Positions 48,630 through 59,850 of a stretch of 64,000 bases of DNA are shown one piece after another. The translations under genes and the position numbers were made by a program. The stretch's first letter is position 1. Every line of letters begins with the position of its first letter. This stretch comes from Podarcis bocagei (lineage: Eukaryota), in NCBI GenBank assembly GCA_964188305.1, contig OZ076893.1; one strand, given 5' to 3'. The notes beneath the pieces are model-generated. The model had not been told where the DNA came from. It saw nothing but the letters and a program-made list of their open reading frames with translations, and ran no database searches.

Positions 48630-48688
48630 GTGGCTGCCATTTACCTCCCAAGGCACAGTTCATTCAGAAATAGAACTCTCTGCTCAAG
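48630..48688 (+). CDS. RP1: RP1 long-isoform exon S, PLAT4 end (RWLPFTSQGTVHSEIELSAQ)
   Basis: Long pyrimidine tract with ctcag acceptor, gtaaat donor, 59 bp, phase 2 to 1. Paralogous to exon G (G|TGG CTx start). Confidence 0.72.
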
Positions 48689-49600
48689 GTAAATGATACA
48701 ATTAAAATATGGAGGTGGAGATCCTAAACACGAGGGGAGTAAGCGTCACTGAACACAGTGGGACTTACGTCTGAGTAACATTGCATAGGACTGCTCTGTA
48801 AATCAATTTGCTGTTTGCACAAAGGAAAATGAAAGCCAAGTGGCCCACTTGATTTTAGAGGCTAGCAGGGTGGGGGTTATAAAACAATTGGGACAAAGGG
48901 AGAATTTCCAGGCTGGAGTGGGAGGGTTAAGCACTCCCTTCATGCTTGCAATTTTTCTTTGCCTTTGCCCTCTGCTCCTGTATTAGTATAAAGATGGAAA
49001 CTACATAACACCAGGACAGAAACCCTTGTTTCCCTTAAAACTTATAGTATGTATCTTATCTGCAACTGCACAATAAGTTAGTTGTGTTGCTGCCGGTAAA
49101 TGCAATGCAATGCCCCTTTCACCTCTGGCCTTCCAGCTAGTAATGATTCATGAGCATATGTACCAACAGCTGACATGACTTTCCTGCCTTCTCTTCATCC
49201 ATGCAAATCACTGCATATGACCTTGCATTTCTATTCTATGGTAATAGCAGCAAGGGGGCATCGCTGCAGGAGTACCAGTGACCAGCCAATGATCAGTTTC
49301 TACTACAGGTATAATGGTCCAGGTATTTCTGCACCTATACCTCCAGATCTTCTATACTGCAGTGAGTTATGGGCAGAGCATAAAGCAGTAATTACCACTT
49401 ATTTAGTCTACCATGTCAAAGGACCATTTTTGGTTACTGTTTTCAAATGCTTCTACAGTCTCCATATTGGTTTGTGAAAGAATACATTTTTCTCTGTAAA
49501 AGCAGAAGTGTTAATATATGAACACCTCCTCCCTCCTTCCACTTTTCATTGTAACCTGACAACTGTATTATTAACTGCACTGATGTTTTATTTTTGGCAG

Positions 49601-49645
49601 AAATGCAAATAAATCATCAGCTGAAAATGCAAGAGGAAGAAAATG
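49601..49645 (+). CDS. RP1: RP1 long-isoform exon T, linker (EMQINHQLKMQEEEN)
   Basis: tttttggcag acceptor, gtaaat donor, 45 bp, phase 1 to 1. Confidence 0.72.
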
Positions 49646-52094
49646 GTAAATTCATCTTCTGCTTTCTATCATTTAATCAAGACTAAGGCTGAGCTGAAAC
49701 GAGTAGGGGTGGGCTTTCTGTGATTATTTCCAAAGTCTCACCTTTGCGGGCAGGGGGATTGCAAACTGGGGTGAAAGTGTTCATAGTTCCATTACCTCCA
49801 CAGCCCCCATTCCTGCCCTCATTTTGAATTAGCCTATTGATGTCATCATAAATTCAAACCTCATCACAAAGTTGATTCAGAAAGTGTACAAGGCTTTCTA
49901 CTTTCACTCTGACCTTGTGACATTGTGTTCATGATATGATCCTGGATTGGCTGGGATCTCATTAACATGCACTTGAAGAAAAAAAAAATAATGGTGCCAG
50001 GCAGCAGATTTTACAGAAAAGCAGCCCCACCCAGGAGGTGATCAAGTAGTGACTAAATTTAATCACATTTAAGCGCATCAGCAGGTGGGTGGAATTTGTA
50101 CCCTAGCGCAGAGAGAATGTGTGATTTGGTCCATCTCGGATCCCATAAGCACAGTTGAAGTAGTATCCTGCATTGGCCCCTAAACTGATGAACATTTAAT
50201 ATACTGTCAAGAGAAAGTTTTGAAAACGTGTATTCCTAATATGCAATTATATTCCACTACCTATAATTCAAATGCAGTCTGTCTGATGAATTGATTATTA
50301 TATTTGAACCTATTATGCAAAAATATGTGCAAAGTGACAGCTTACTTATGTAAACATCTACATAGATGCATAAATAGTATTTTCAAACAACTAGCTTTGT
50401 CTTCAGTACTTGCATGTATTTCTAAGAAGAGATATTATTTCTTTGACAGTGGAGTACCTTTTTATGGATCATATCTGTTTTAAATTAGGTGGCTGGCATC
50501 ACTCAAGTACACACTCACAGACCTACTCGTAGTCAAGTGTTACAAGTGTTTGTAATCCCAAGTCCAAAATTACAAACTTCTGCAGTATCCCTACTTTCAG
50601 ACATGTGCTGCCATCTATTCACATTCCCAGATCTTCAAGAGCACCAATTTACAGATGGCATACATGTGACATTTGTAGAATGCAGCCGCTGAGTGGCAAG
50701 TGATCCCAGTCCTTGCCATAATATGTAGATTCATTTATTTGTGTCAAAAGAAATTTAGGGTGCATGCTTGGCTTTTGCCAACTTCTCCAGTGGCAGGGGG
50801 AGATGAGGGAAGAGACTGGCAAGCTACTGAGAGAACAGAAGGAAAAAAAACACGGGGAAGAATGCACCCAGGAGGTGCTGGATGTTAGGGTCTTCAATCC
50901 ATAGGGTTGAGTTGAGGATAAAGTGTTCTTCACTGCTGAAAATACCAGCTGTAGGACATAGGAAAACTTTGGCTAAGGCTAAAGCTCTGGTTGACATAGT
51001 GGAGTGAGCTTTCTAACAAGAGGAAGGAACATCTAACAAGTTATTTAAAATATTTATGTGATGCTTTTCCAAGTCGCATTGTGGCTTGCAAAGAGAGAGA
51101 GATCAAACATTTTAAAACATAATAAGTATAATACAGCATTGACTGGGAAGACTAAACCATCTACCAGTGAGGCACTGCCCCATTTTCCACCTTTTCATCA
51201 AACCCTCAGCCAGTCAATCCCTCTCTTGCGATAAAGAAGACATTCAAGGGAAAGCAAAAGTGGGCGAAAAGAGAGACTGTGATTCCAGACTCCACCTTTG
51301 TTCACCAATTAACAAGCAAAAGGTTTTTCCCTCCCTATTAATATAGCTGAAGTACACACTGTGACATTTATTACTAACAAGTCTGTGGGTTGGTATTTTA
51401 TTAATTGTGTTTGCTCTCTGCAGACTGAATTGTAATTGCTAAATGGAGGCTGCTGCAAATAAAGGCAGAAAATCTCCAAGTGAACATACTTTCTGCTTTT
51501 TGATGTAGAAATGCAATACTAGACAGTAGTGATCTTACCTAGTCCTAGTTAATTATGTTTGTATTATCCTGCAAAATTCTAGATACGTACTGTAAACTAA
51601 GGGATACATGTAAGCATGCAGGGGGTTGCTTAGAAATGTCATTGTCCATCCAACTGCAATTACAAGAAGCTAATCATATGCAATGCATTAGTGTTAAAGA
51701 TGCATGATGCTTTCCCTCTAGAACAGGTATGGCCAATGTCTAGCTGTTGTTGGTCACCAGCTGTCATCAGCCCCATCCAGTATGGGCAGTGGCCAGGGAT
51801 GTAATCCAACCATATCTGAAGAGCACCTCATTGCTCTAGAATCTAATGCAATCTTGCCTTTAAATATTTATTATTATCCAACGAAACCTTTGTCTTCAGC
51901 ATTTTCTCATTCACCCATCTCTCCTTTGAGCACCACCTTCCCTATTTAATGGAACAATTACTCCTGTTCTGTAAACTTAGTGATGCATTGTTTGCAATAA
52001 AGCCAGTATTGCACACATCTCCAGGCACATGGTAGTCCCCGAGATAAAACTGCTCAGTCAGTGGCACTCATTTTCATTTTGTTTTTACCTGCAG

Positions 52095-52258
52095 GAGAAG
52101 ATTGGAAAATCACTGTAGTCACTGGAGGTTTTGAAACAGCTGGCACAACAGCAACTGTGTCCCTGTATGTTTATGGAGAAAATAAGGCTTCTGGTCCTCT
52201 TATTCTGGGATCTGGGAAACACCAGCTGTTTAATCCCCACAGTACAGATACATTCAAG
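52095..52258 (+). CDS. RP1: RP1 long-isoform exon U, PLAT5 N-terminal part (GEDWKITVVTGGFETAGTTATVSLYVYGENKASGP...DTFK)
   Basis: cctgcag acceptor, gtacaa donor, 164 bp like exon A, phase 1 to 0. Confidence 0.88.
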
Positions 52259-53994
52259 GTACAATTGCACTGCATATAAATAATGGAGAGTTTACTTACA
52301 CAAGCTAAGCAGAACAGGTTTATTCCAAGGTGAATAAGTAATAGATACTTAAAATGATTTCATTGTAATGATTTCAGTTCCACATTTCATTTTCTGAATT
52401 GTTCATTGATATGGCGTGCAGCATCCCTGGGAGAATAGAGTAATTGTATATTTATGGCAGTAATCAACTTAGCAGTACATTACTAAGATTAGTGTTCAAG
52501 CAGATGATTCAAGTCCAGGAAGATTGTAAGCCAATATTGGATATCTACTTCCCCATTCCTTTCTACTGCAGTACAATGTTATTATACTGACTTCAGGATT
52601 TTAATATTACAGCCTGCCAGGACTGAGCCTGACCTGGGGACTGAACCATCCACTTCAGCCACTAGTCCTCAAGCTTACAGGCATCCTTATCCAGGAATCA
52701 TCCACAATTTTGAACATGACAATCAGAAAACAGATCCTAGTTTTGAAGCAGCCAATAGGTCACTGAGGCAGCATCAACTACCCATATCTTCAGTTGTCTG
52801 ACACCTATAAAAAAATCTGGCTGTTTCAATCTCCATTAGCAATTGTGAACTAGGATGCTGTGGTTATTCTACATTAATCAAGCATGCCATCATTTCTCTC
52901 ATTTGGCTTTATGAGCCAAAAGCCACATATAACCCCCTTTCACCCCTTTCCATTTTTTAAAAAATTAAATGTGCAAAAGGTATATAGTTTAATTTTATAG
53001 TAGAGATTTGATTTCCTGGTTTTAGAATTAGAATGAGGGAAATGGAAGGGAATTCTACTCCCTTCTGTGTGTTGTTGATATGTTAAAATACTTGTTTTAG
53101 ATGTAAGAAATGTTGACAGTGATGGATAGGTAAGTACACTTATTGCTTGCAACAGTGAAATGAAATGTAAGAAGACAGAAGGGATGCCTCTCGTCACTGT
53201 ACTGTGCTGACAGTAATGTTCTGAAGGTTAGTAAGTATTGACAGAATGTCTTGCATAAGCAGTGGCTGCATAGGTTTAAGCTGTCTGCCCCTTCAGAACA
53301 CATCACATAGCTTGGCACATATCAGCGCAGTTGGCAATCTGTGCTTAAGATAGTTTTGGAACTGAAATAGCAGGTGATAAGGAATGAAGTATTTGTAAAG
53401 CTCTGTAGTGGGATGTTCAAATGATGCCTACTGTAAAATAATTCTGGGACCTTGCATAGATTTTCAAAATAGCCAGTGTGGTACTCCAGATGTTGCTGGA
53501 CTCCAGACCCCATCAACTCCAGTCAGCATGGCCAAAGGTCAGGAATAATGGAAGTTGTAGTCCAGCAACACCTGGAGGTTGCCATGTTGGCTATCCTTGG
53601 GTAAGGATTCAGAAGAGACTGGGAAATATAAATGTTTAGGTGTTTGGAGGTTTCCTTAGCTGTTTTTCTTTTTTAAACAACAACAACAACATGCAAGTTC
53701 TTCTGTACTGATAGAGTGAAATATTGTTTATATTGGCAGAAGAAGTCGCCTTAAGTGTAAATAATATTTCCCAATATCTAGGAGAGCAAGGAGATGTTTC
53801 ACACATCTTTCACATATGAGCTCCTCCTGAATGCAATCTGAAACCAAAGTGATATGCAGACTTGGAGTCCATAAATATGATGAAGTTGGATCAATGAAAT
53901 ATTATAGGGGGGAGGGGAATCACAATATTCCAAATTAAAGCAGGAAATCAGCTCCATGTTCAACATAATGTGTATACTTTGGATGGCTTCTTTC

Positions 53995-54400
53995 TTTGTT
54001 TGGCAATCATTCATAGCTGAGTAAGATTGTCTTCCATGAACATGGTCTTGACAGTATGTCCATAGGTGACTGTGGAGGCCATTTCTGGATCCACATGTCC
54101 TTCCACAGTGGGGATATAAGTTTCCAGGTGGGAGTTGATGATGGTGAGGGTTTGCCAAACATGCCCTCCTCTAAGCTCATTTCTCCCTTTCATCCTGAGT
54201 TTCTTTAAAGTCCATGACACCTTTGGTACGGGCTATTCTCCAATGGGAGCACTCACTGGCCAGTGTTTCCCAATTGCTGGTGTTTATATTATATTTTTAA
54301 AAGATTTTCCCTGAGAGGGTCTATAAACCTCTTTTGTTGACCACCAGCATTACGCATTTCTCAAATAAATTGTTTTTCTCCAGTGGTCAAATCTCTAATT
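53995..54400 (-). mobile_element. RTE-type LINE 3' fragment
   Basis: Minus-strand HCGRTCGSRNGLHSHL resembles the C-terminal Cys/His motif of RTE-clade ORFs; frameshifted. Confidence 0.6.
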
Positions 54401-54966
54401 GCTCATTGGAGAAGGTGGACCGGTCATAGTATCATTAGTTTTAAGGCAACACCTCTCTGTTTTTCTTTGCTCCAAGGCTTTTGACAGGCTTTTGAAGATT
54501 TGCCAAATGCTGACAAAATGGATATACTCAGACTTTCTCCTTTATATAATATTTAGATAGTTATTAAGACAGAGGCCTTACAGTTTGTATCTTAAAAAGG
54601 AATGCCAGTATGCTCTTTAGGTTTCCCTAGTTTTGCCCCTTTTTCATTTTTTTAGGATGCTTCCAAATGGGAGCTTCATTCTCAAACTGATCATTGAGTT
54701 ATTCCAAACAGGTCATTGGCAATAGGTTGTTGTTGTTTTTTTACCCAAAGAGTAAATCTGGATGAAATGGGAGAAAATATGGGTTGGCATATTGATGCTA
54801 GTGATGTCATAGTGGATGCTGCAAAAAACTTGTATGTGTGAACATTTCTGTCCCCACAACAAACTCCTGTCTGGAAGCACCTTAGTACCACATCAAACTC
54901 AAAACTACCTTTGCAGCCAAAATAATCTCCTAGGACCTAGAGCAATGTTTATCAACATTGCAAATA

Positions 54967-55135
54967 CTGTATTTTTCGCTCTATAACACGCACCCGACCA
55001 TAACACGCACGTAGTTTTTAGAGGAGGAAAATCCGTAGGCATGCCACCCGTAGGCATTCCCTCCATAACACGCACATAAATTTCCCCTTACTTTCTAGGA
55101 GGAAAAAAGTGAGTGTTATGGTGCAAAAAATATGG
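54967..55135. mobile_element. Small Tc1/mariner (pogo/Tc2-like) MITE, same family as 11681-11850
   Basis: Near-identical sequence, TA flanks. Confidence 0.85.
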
Positions 55136-56149
55136 TAACTGTAGACTCATGTAATGTAAAAATAGTCTTTCGATGAAAGATTTGTAGATGCTGCTTAGAA
55201 TTTGCATTATGCCTCTGAATACCAGTTGTTAGTTATTGCAGGTGATCAGAGTGCTGTTACAGTCATGTCCAGACTCCCCACAGGTATCTAGTATCTGGTT
55301 GGTCACTCTGAGATAAGGATGCTGGACTAGATAGTCCATTGGCCTGATCCAGCAGGCTTGTCTTATGTTCTTATGTCTCCTGCCATAGCAAAACAGTCCC
55401 AAACAATTGTGTGAATGAAAACAAGAATTTGGATAGCTGTGATGGTTGTTAACAAAAAAAAAGGGGGGGAATAGCAAAGTATAATATTCCTAACATATAA
55501 AAAATGTTTAGTGGTTCAGAGCTGTTGGGAGAGCTTTTTCATTTACACCACACCACAGATGACACTCCTCTGAGAGCTTCCTCATTGCCAAACAACTGCA
55601 TTTTATGAAGTCCAAACTGCTGAGATATTGATGTACTAACTGACCTATAAGTAAGATAGCTTCTTCGAACCTTAAACTGCAGCAATACATGGACTAAGCA
55701 CTATATTTTGTACGTCCTTTCAGAACTCATCACATGCCACTGAAATGTCTGGCTGAATTTCCAAGAGAAAATACACATTGATTTGTTGGCAAGGAAATAC
55801 GCTGCAATTATTTATAAATTTGGAAAAAATATTAAGTCTGTTTTTAATGTGAGAAAAAGTTGAACTTTCTCCCACAAATGTTTCTTCTTATTTAAGATAC
55901 AATTTAATCATTAATGGAAACCATGTTCTATTCCTTCCAATCTGGTGATACATTTAATTAGATTTGCTTACTGAACAAGGTTTCATTTGTGACCAGGGAC
56001 TTTTGCTGCGTGGACGCTGAAGAAAGTGGAAGGAGGGAGGAGGAAAAGCATTGATGGAGTGTGCACTTCCTTAGGATCAGATAGAAAATATGCCTCTCCC
56101 ACTCACTAGATTGCACAACTGTGGAACCTTTCTCCTTTCTCCAGTGATG

Positions 56150-56500
56150 CTCACTCAAACAATAGCCTGACCAGTGTAGTCCATGCATTGGTAACCTCAA
56201 GGTGGATTGCTACAATGAGCTCTATGCAGGGCTGCCCTTGGGCCTGGTTTGGAAGTGGCCAGGGTGCTTATGACTTGACAACATGTGGTACCATTGTTAA
56301 CATCTGAACTGGCTGCCCATCCACTACCAAACCAGGTTAAAGGTCCCCTTATTAATCCCTGAACAACTTAGATCCAGGGTACCTTAGGGACTGCTTAAAG
56401 CCTTACATCCCAGCTTAATCACTGAGGTCATCTGCAAGAGTTTTGTTGGTTGTCCCCCAAGTTGGCAAAGCACATTTGACATCAACATGAAACAGCTCCC
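56150..56500 (+). mobile_element. Degenerate L2-type LINE fragment
   Basis: catgcattggtaacctcaaggtggattgctacaatgagctctatgcagggctgccc resembles the ALVTSRLDYCNALYAGLP coding segment. Confidence 0.55.
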
Positions 56501-58263
56501 TAGTCCCTTCTCAGAGTTAAAATTCCCAGAGTTCCCTGGCAAGGGGGATGGACTGTTAAACCACTCCAGGGATCATATCTTAGGAGGGATAAATGGTTGT
56601 CCTAACAATTCTCAGCACCCTTAGCAAACTACAGCTCCCAGAATTTTTGGGAGGAAGCCATGATTGTTTAAAGAGGCATCAAAGTGCTTTAAATGCACAG
56701 TGCGAATGTGGCCTCTGTCTACTAAGGATCATATTTGTGTTAACTACTCTGAGCAAATATAAGCATATCCTCTTATTTCAGAAATACAGTTTATCTGTAC
56801 AATAGCAAAAGGGCTAGCAGATTTCATATGATAACAAGCAACTGTCAGAAGTAATTCCATGTAGTAATTTCAGATGTATGCACAGCGTTTCCCCTGGTAA
56901 CAAAATGAAAGCTAAGGAGTGTTTGCCTTTTGCTAAAGTTCATGCTGAGCATGACTACTGTGTTTGTACTTCAACAGGAGGAATGCTTTGGAGAGGTAGG
57001 CTGTCAAGTACATACATTTAGGACTACTGTCCAAATGCTGCCTGTGGCCATATTATGGCAAAACACAGGTCATAATCCCCAGCTATCCCCAGTTTTAGTA
57101 TCACATGCAATAACTGAAAGAGGAGGAAAAGGGGGTGCTGACTTGATGAAGTGTGCTTTAGTGTTCTGAATAGGAGAACTGAGCCTGCACTAACTCTCTT
57201 AAAAGGCTGCAGTGCACCATTCAAAACCGAAGGCATTTATGTCAGTTTGTCTGTTTTACAGACTATTCCTTGCCTGCAGGCACATCTTGTGTAATCTGCC
57301 ATGGTATATTCTGTAGAGAGTTAATGTTTCAGTGATTGCCTTGAGGCACTAGGTAGGAGTAGATTAGTTCTGGTTCTTTCTCCGTGATTTTTTGGGCAGC
57401 ACCTCCATTGCCCTCTTTTACCCTGGATTATCCAAGTACGGTTCTACTGTCACCCAGGCCATGGCTTCAGCCTTCATAATTTTACTGGGGTTAAGAATTC
57501 TCCCATCTAACTGTGTGGCAAGAATATCATGTTTATTTTTCCTGCGGTGTGTTCATTGCCTTTTCATTTTCTATCATTTGTTGTCATGGACATGTTTAAG
57601 CGTGCTTATGAAGGTTACAATTACTTAGCACACTCCTTTCACAGTCCAGGCCAAAGTGGAGTTTGTATCTATTTTCTGCATTCTGCATGACACAATGCTT
57701 GTGTTTTTCATTTAAAATGCAATGCACTAGTAACTTCCATGAATAAAATGCCTGCACCTTCTTTTTTTGGTAAAGGATTTTAAGGGTGCTGTGAAAATTA
57801 GTGCTGTTTTTCATGTTGAAATTTGTCCACTTGTTGGGCCAAATTAGATATATTTTTTCTTTTCTTTTTCTAAAGTTGCTGATAGTTTTGAGAAAGTGAA
57901 TGCAGAATACTTGTACCTACCCACTTGTCAAACTCCTCCCACAAATTATACGGGTTCCTACAACATGCATAAAATACCCACACTGGGAAGAGGAAGAGAG
58001 GTAGATGTCACCTATGGCATCACTGGAACCAGAGCTGCTTCTCCTTCCTCCACCTCCACCTTTAGCAAAGACGTAAATAAATCAACCATTGTTGGTTGGC
58101 CCTGCCTGTAATGTACGCATTACACACAGGTTCAAGAGAAAGGAAATCCATAGCTGTGGGGCTACCATAGAGATGGATTTCTATCACATGGCTGCCATCC
58201 TTGCTAGTTTGTGGTGTGGGTGCACTTGGAACTCAGCTAGATTGGTAAAGAAAAAGCGTTTTA

Positions 58264-58484
58264 CAGTGGTACCTCTGGTTATGAATGCTTCTGGTTACGA
58301 ACACTTCAGGTTACAATCTCTGCTAACCCGGAAGTAGCTGCTCCTGGTTGTGAACTTTGCCCCAGGATGCGAACAGAAATCACGTGATGGAGGCATGTGC
58401 ACAGTGGGAACCCCCATTAATGAAAGCATGTCTCAGGATAAGAATGGTTTCAGTTTAAGATTGGACCTCCGGAACAAATTAAGT
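58264..58484. mobile_element. Truncated Tigger-like MITE
   Basis: TA-CAGTGGTACCTCTGGTTA left end; related to 11561-12086. Confidence 0.7.
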
Positions 58485-58712
58485 CAGCAGTTTGAATCCC
58501 TGCGATGGGGTGAGCTCGAAAGCAAATCAAAGTGCAAGTAGATAAATAGGTGGGAAGGTAAACAGCGTTTCCGTGCACTACTCTGGTTTCTCCAGAAGCG
58601 GCTTAGTCATGCTGGCCACATGACCCAGAAAAACAGCAGACAAATGTCGGCTCCCTCGGCCAGTAAAGTGAGATGAGTCGTTCGTGACTAGACTAAACTA
58701 CCTTTACCTTTA
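58485..58712 (+). mobile_element. Sauria SINE fragment
   Basis: gatggggtgagctc...aagtgcaagtagataaatagg...gaaggtaaac..cgtttcc...gctggccacatgacc...ggctccctcggccagtaaag, ending in an (ACCTTT)n tail. Confidence 0.75.
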
Positions 58713-59077
58713 AGGTGCTACTAGAAGGAATTTTTTTATTGTTTCGACTACGGCAGACCAACACGGCTACCTACCTGTAACTAAAGTTTACAACGTGTTT
58801 CCCTGAAATGCTTCTTTGATGTGTCTAGATCGAGCCTAGGAGAGCCTCCTAAGCAGATCTTAAAGTGCAAGCAGGAAGGTACTGGTGCAGACAGTCAAAT
58901 AAATGGCTTTTATTTTATATATCACTCATGGATGACTTACTGCACTTAGGGGGGTGGGAATGATTGGTATACCTCTTTGGTAATCCGTACTAATTAGGGA
59001 AGTTTTGTGATGGGCAAATGAATTATAATGGGCCAATGAACTATAATAATAGCTTTTGCTATTTTATTATTTTGCAG

Positions 59078-59294
59078 ATTAATCTAAAAGATGTTGGAGA
59101 GCTGTATAAAATCCGGATTGGCCATGACAATAGTGGACCAGATCCTAGTTGGTACATTGATGAGATTAGAATGAACTCACCATTGGACCAAGAATTTTTT
59201 TTACCTGTCAACTGCTGGCTATCTGAAAGCCAAGGTGATGGAGAAACATGGAGAGAAATAGCAATAGGGAGGCCTAACAAAGCACTTCTACCAT
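59078..59294 (+). CDS. RP1: RP1 long-isoform exon V, PLAT5 remainder (INLKDVGELYKIRIGHDNSGPDPSWYIDEI...LPVNCWLSESQGDGETWREI...)
   Basis: ttttgcag acceptor, gtgagt donor, 217 bp, phase 0 to 1. The gene continues beyond the window. Confidence 0.9.
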
Positions 59295-59637
59295 GTGAGT
59301 ATATAATTACATATATTAAGCTACATGTGTAAAGGACTGAGCTCCATTGAGCATCTTTTATGATTCATCATTGCAAAGAAGTGAAACCAAAATAAACAGC
59401 AGAAACTGTTAGAACGTACGGTAAGTTGTTACCCTTTCCCCTTCTCTTTCAGGCACCGTTCCTGGAGCTATGACCAAAGTGTCCTTAAGCTCAATTATTT
59501 GTTTTAGCAGCTTCTTGCTGTTTATAGAGAGAGAAACAGAAGTTTATTCAAAGAGTTAGGACCTACAATTTCAGCTGTGGGATCTGGATGGGTTAGCTTT
59601 TCACTGTTATTAAATATAGTTTAATTGACAAGAAAAG

Positions 59638-59850
59638 AACCTGTGTGGTGTAATGATTAGACTGTAAGGCTAGGAGTGGGGAGATCTGTGGTTGAATTCC
59701 TACTCAGTCATGAATCTCAATGGATGACCTTGGCCCATTCACTATCAATGTCACAGAGTTGTTATGAGGATGAGTGTGTGTGTGTGGAACTATTTATACC
59801 ACCTTGCGCTCCTTGGAAGTAAGACCAGATATAAATGTAATAAATATAGA
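59638..59850 (+). mobile_element. Old tRNA-derived (MIR/CORE-like) SINE
   Basis: A-box/B-box-like head (gtggtgtaatgattaga...ggttgaattcc), core-like tgaccttggccc and an AT-rich tail. Confidence 0.5.

Noticed and set aside
9014-59294. Calling the PLAT exons LOXHD1 or a lipoxygenase gene
   Set aside because: They directly follow the RP1 giant exon on the same strand, have no start exon of their own, contain non-PLAT trefoil inserts and lack any lipoxygenase catalytic domain.
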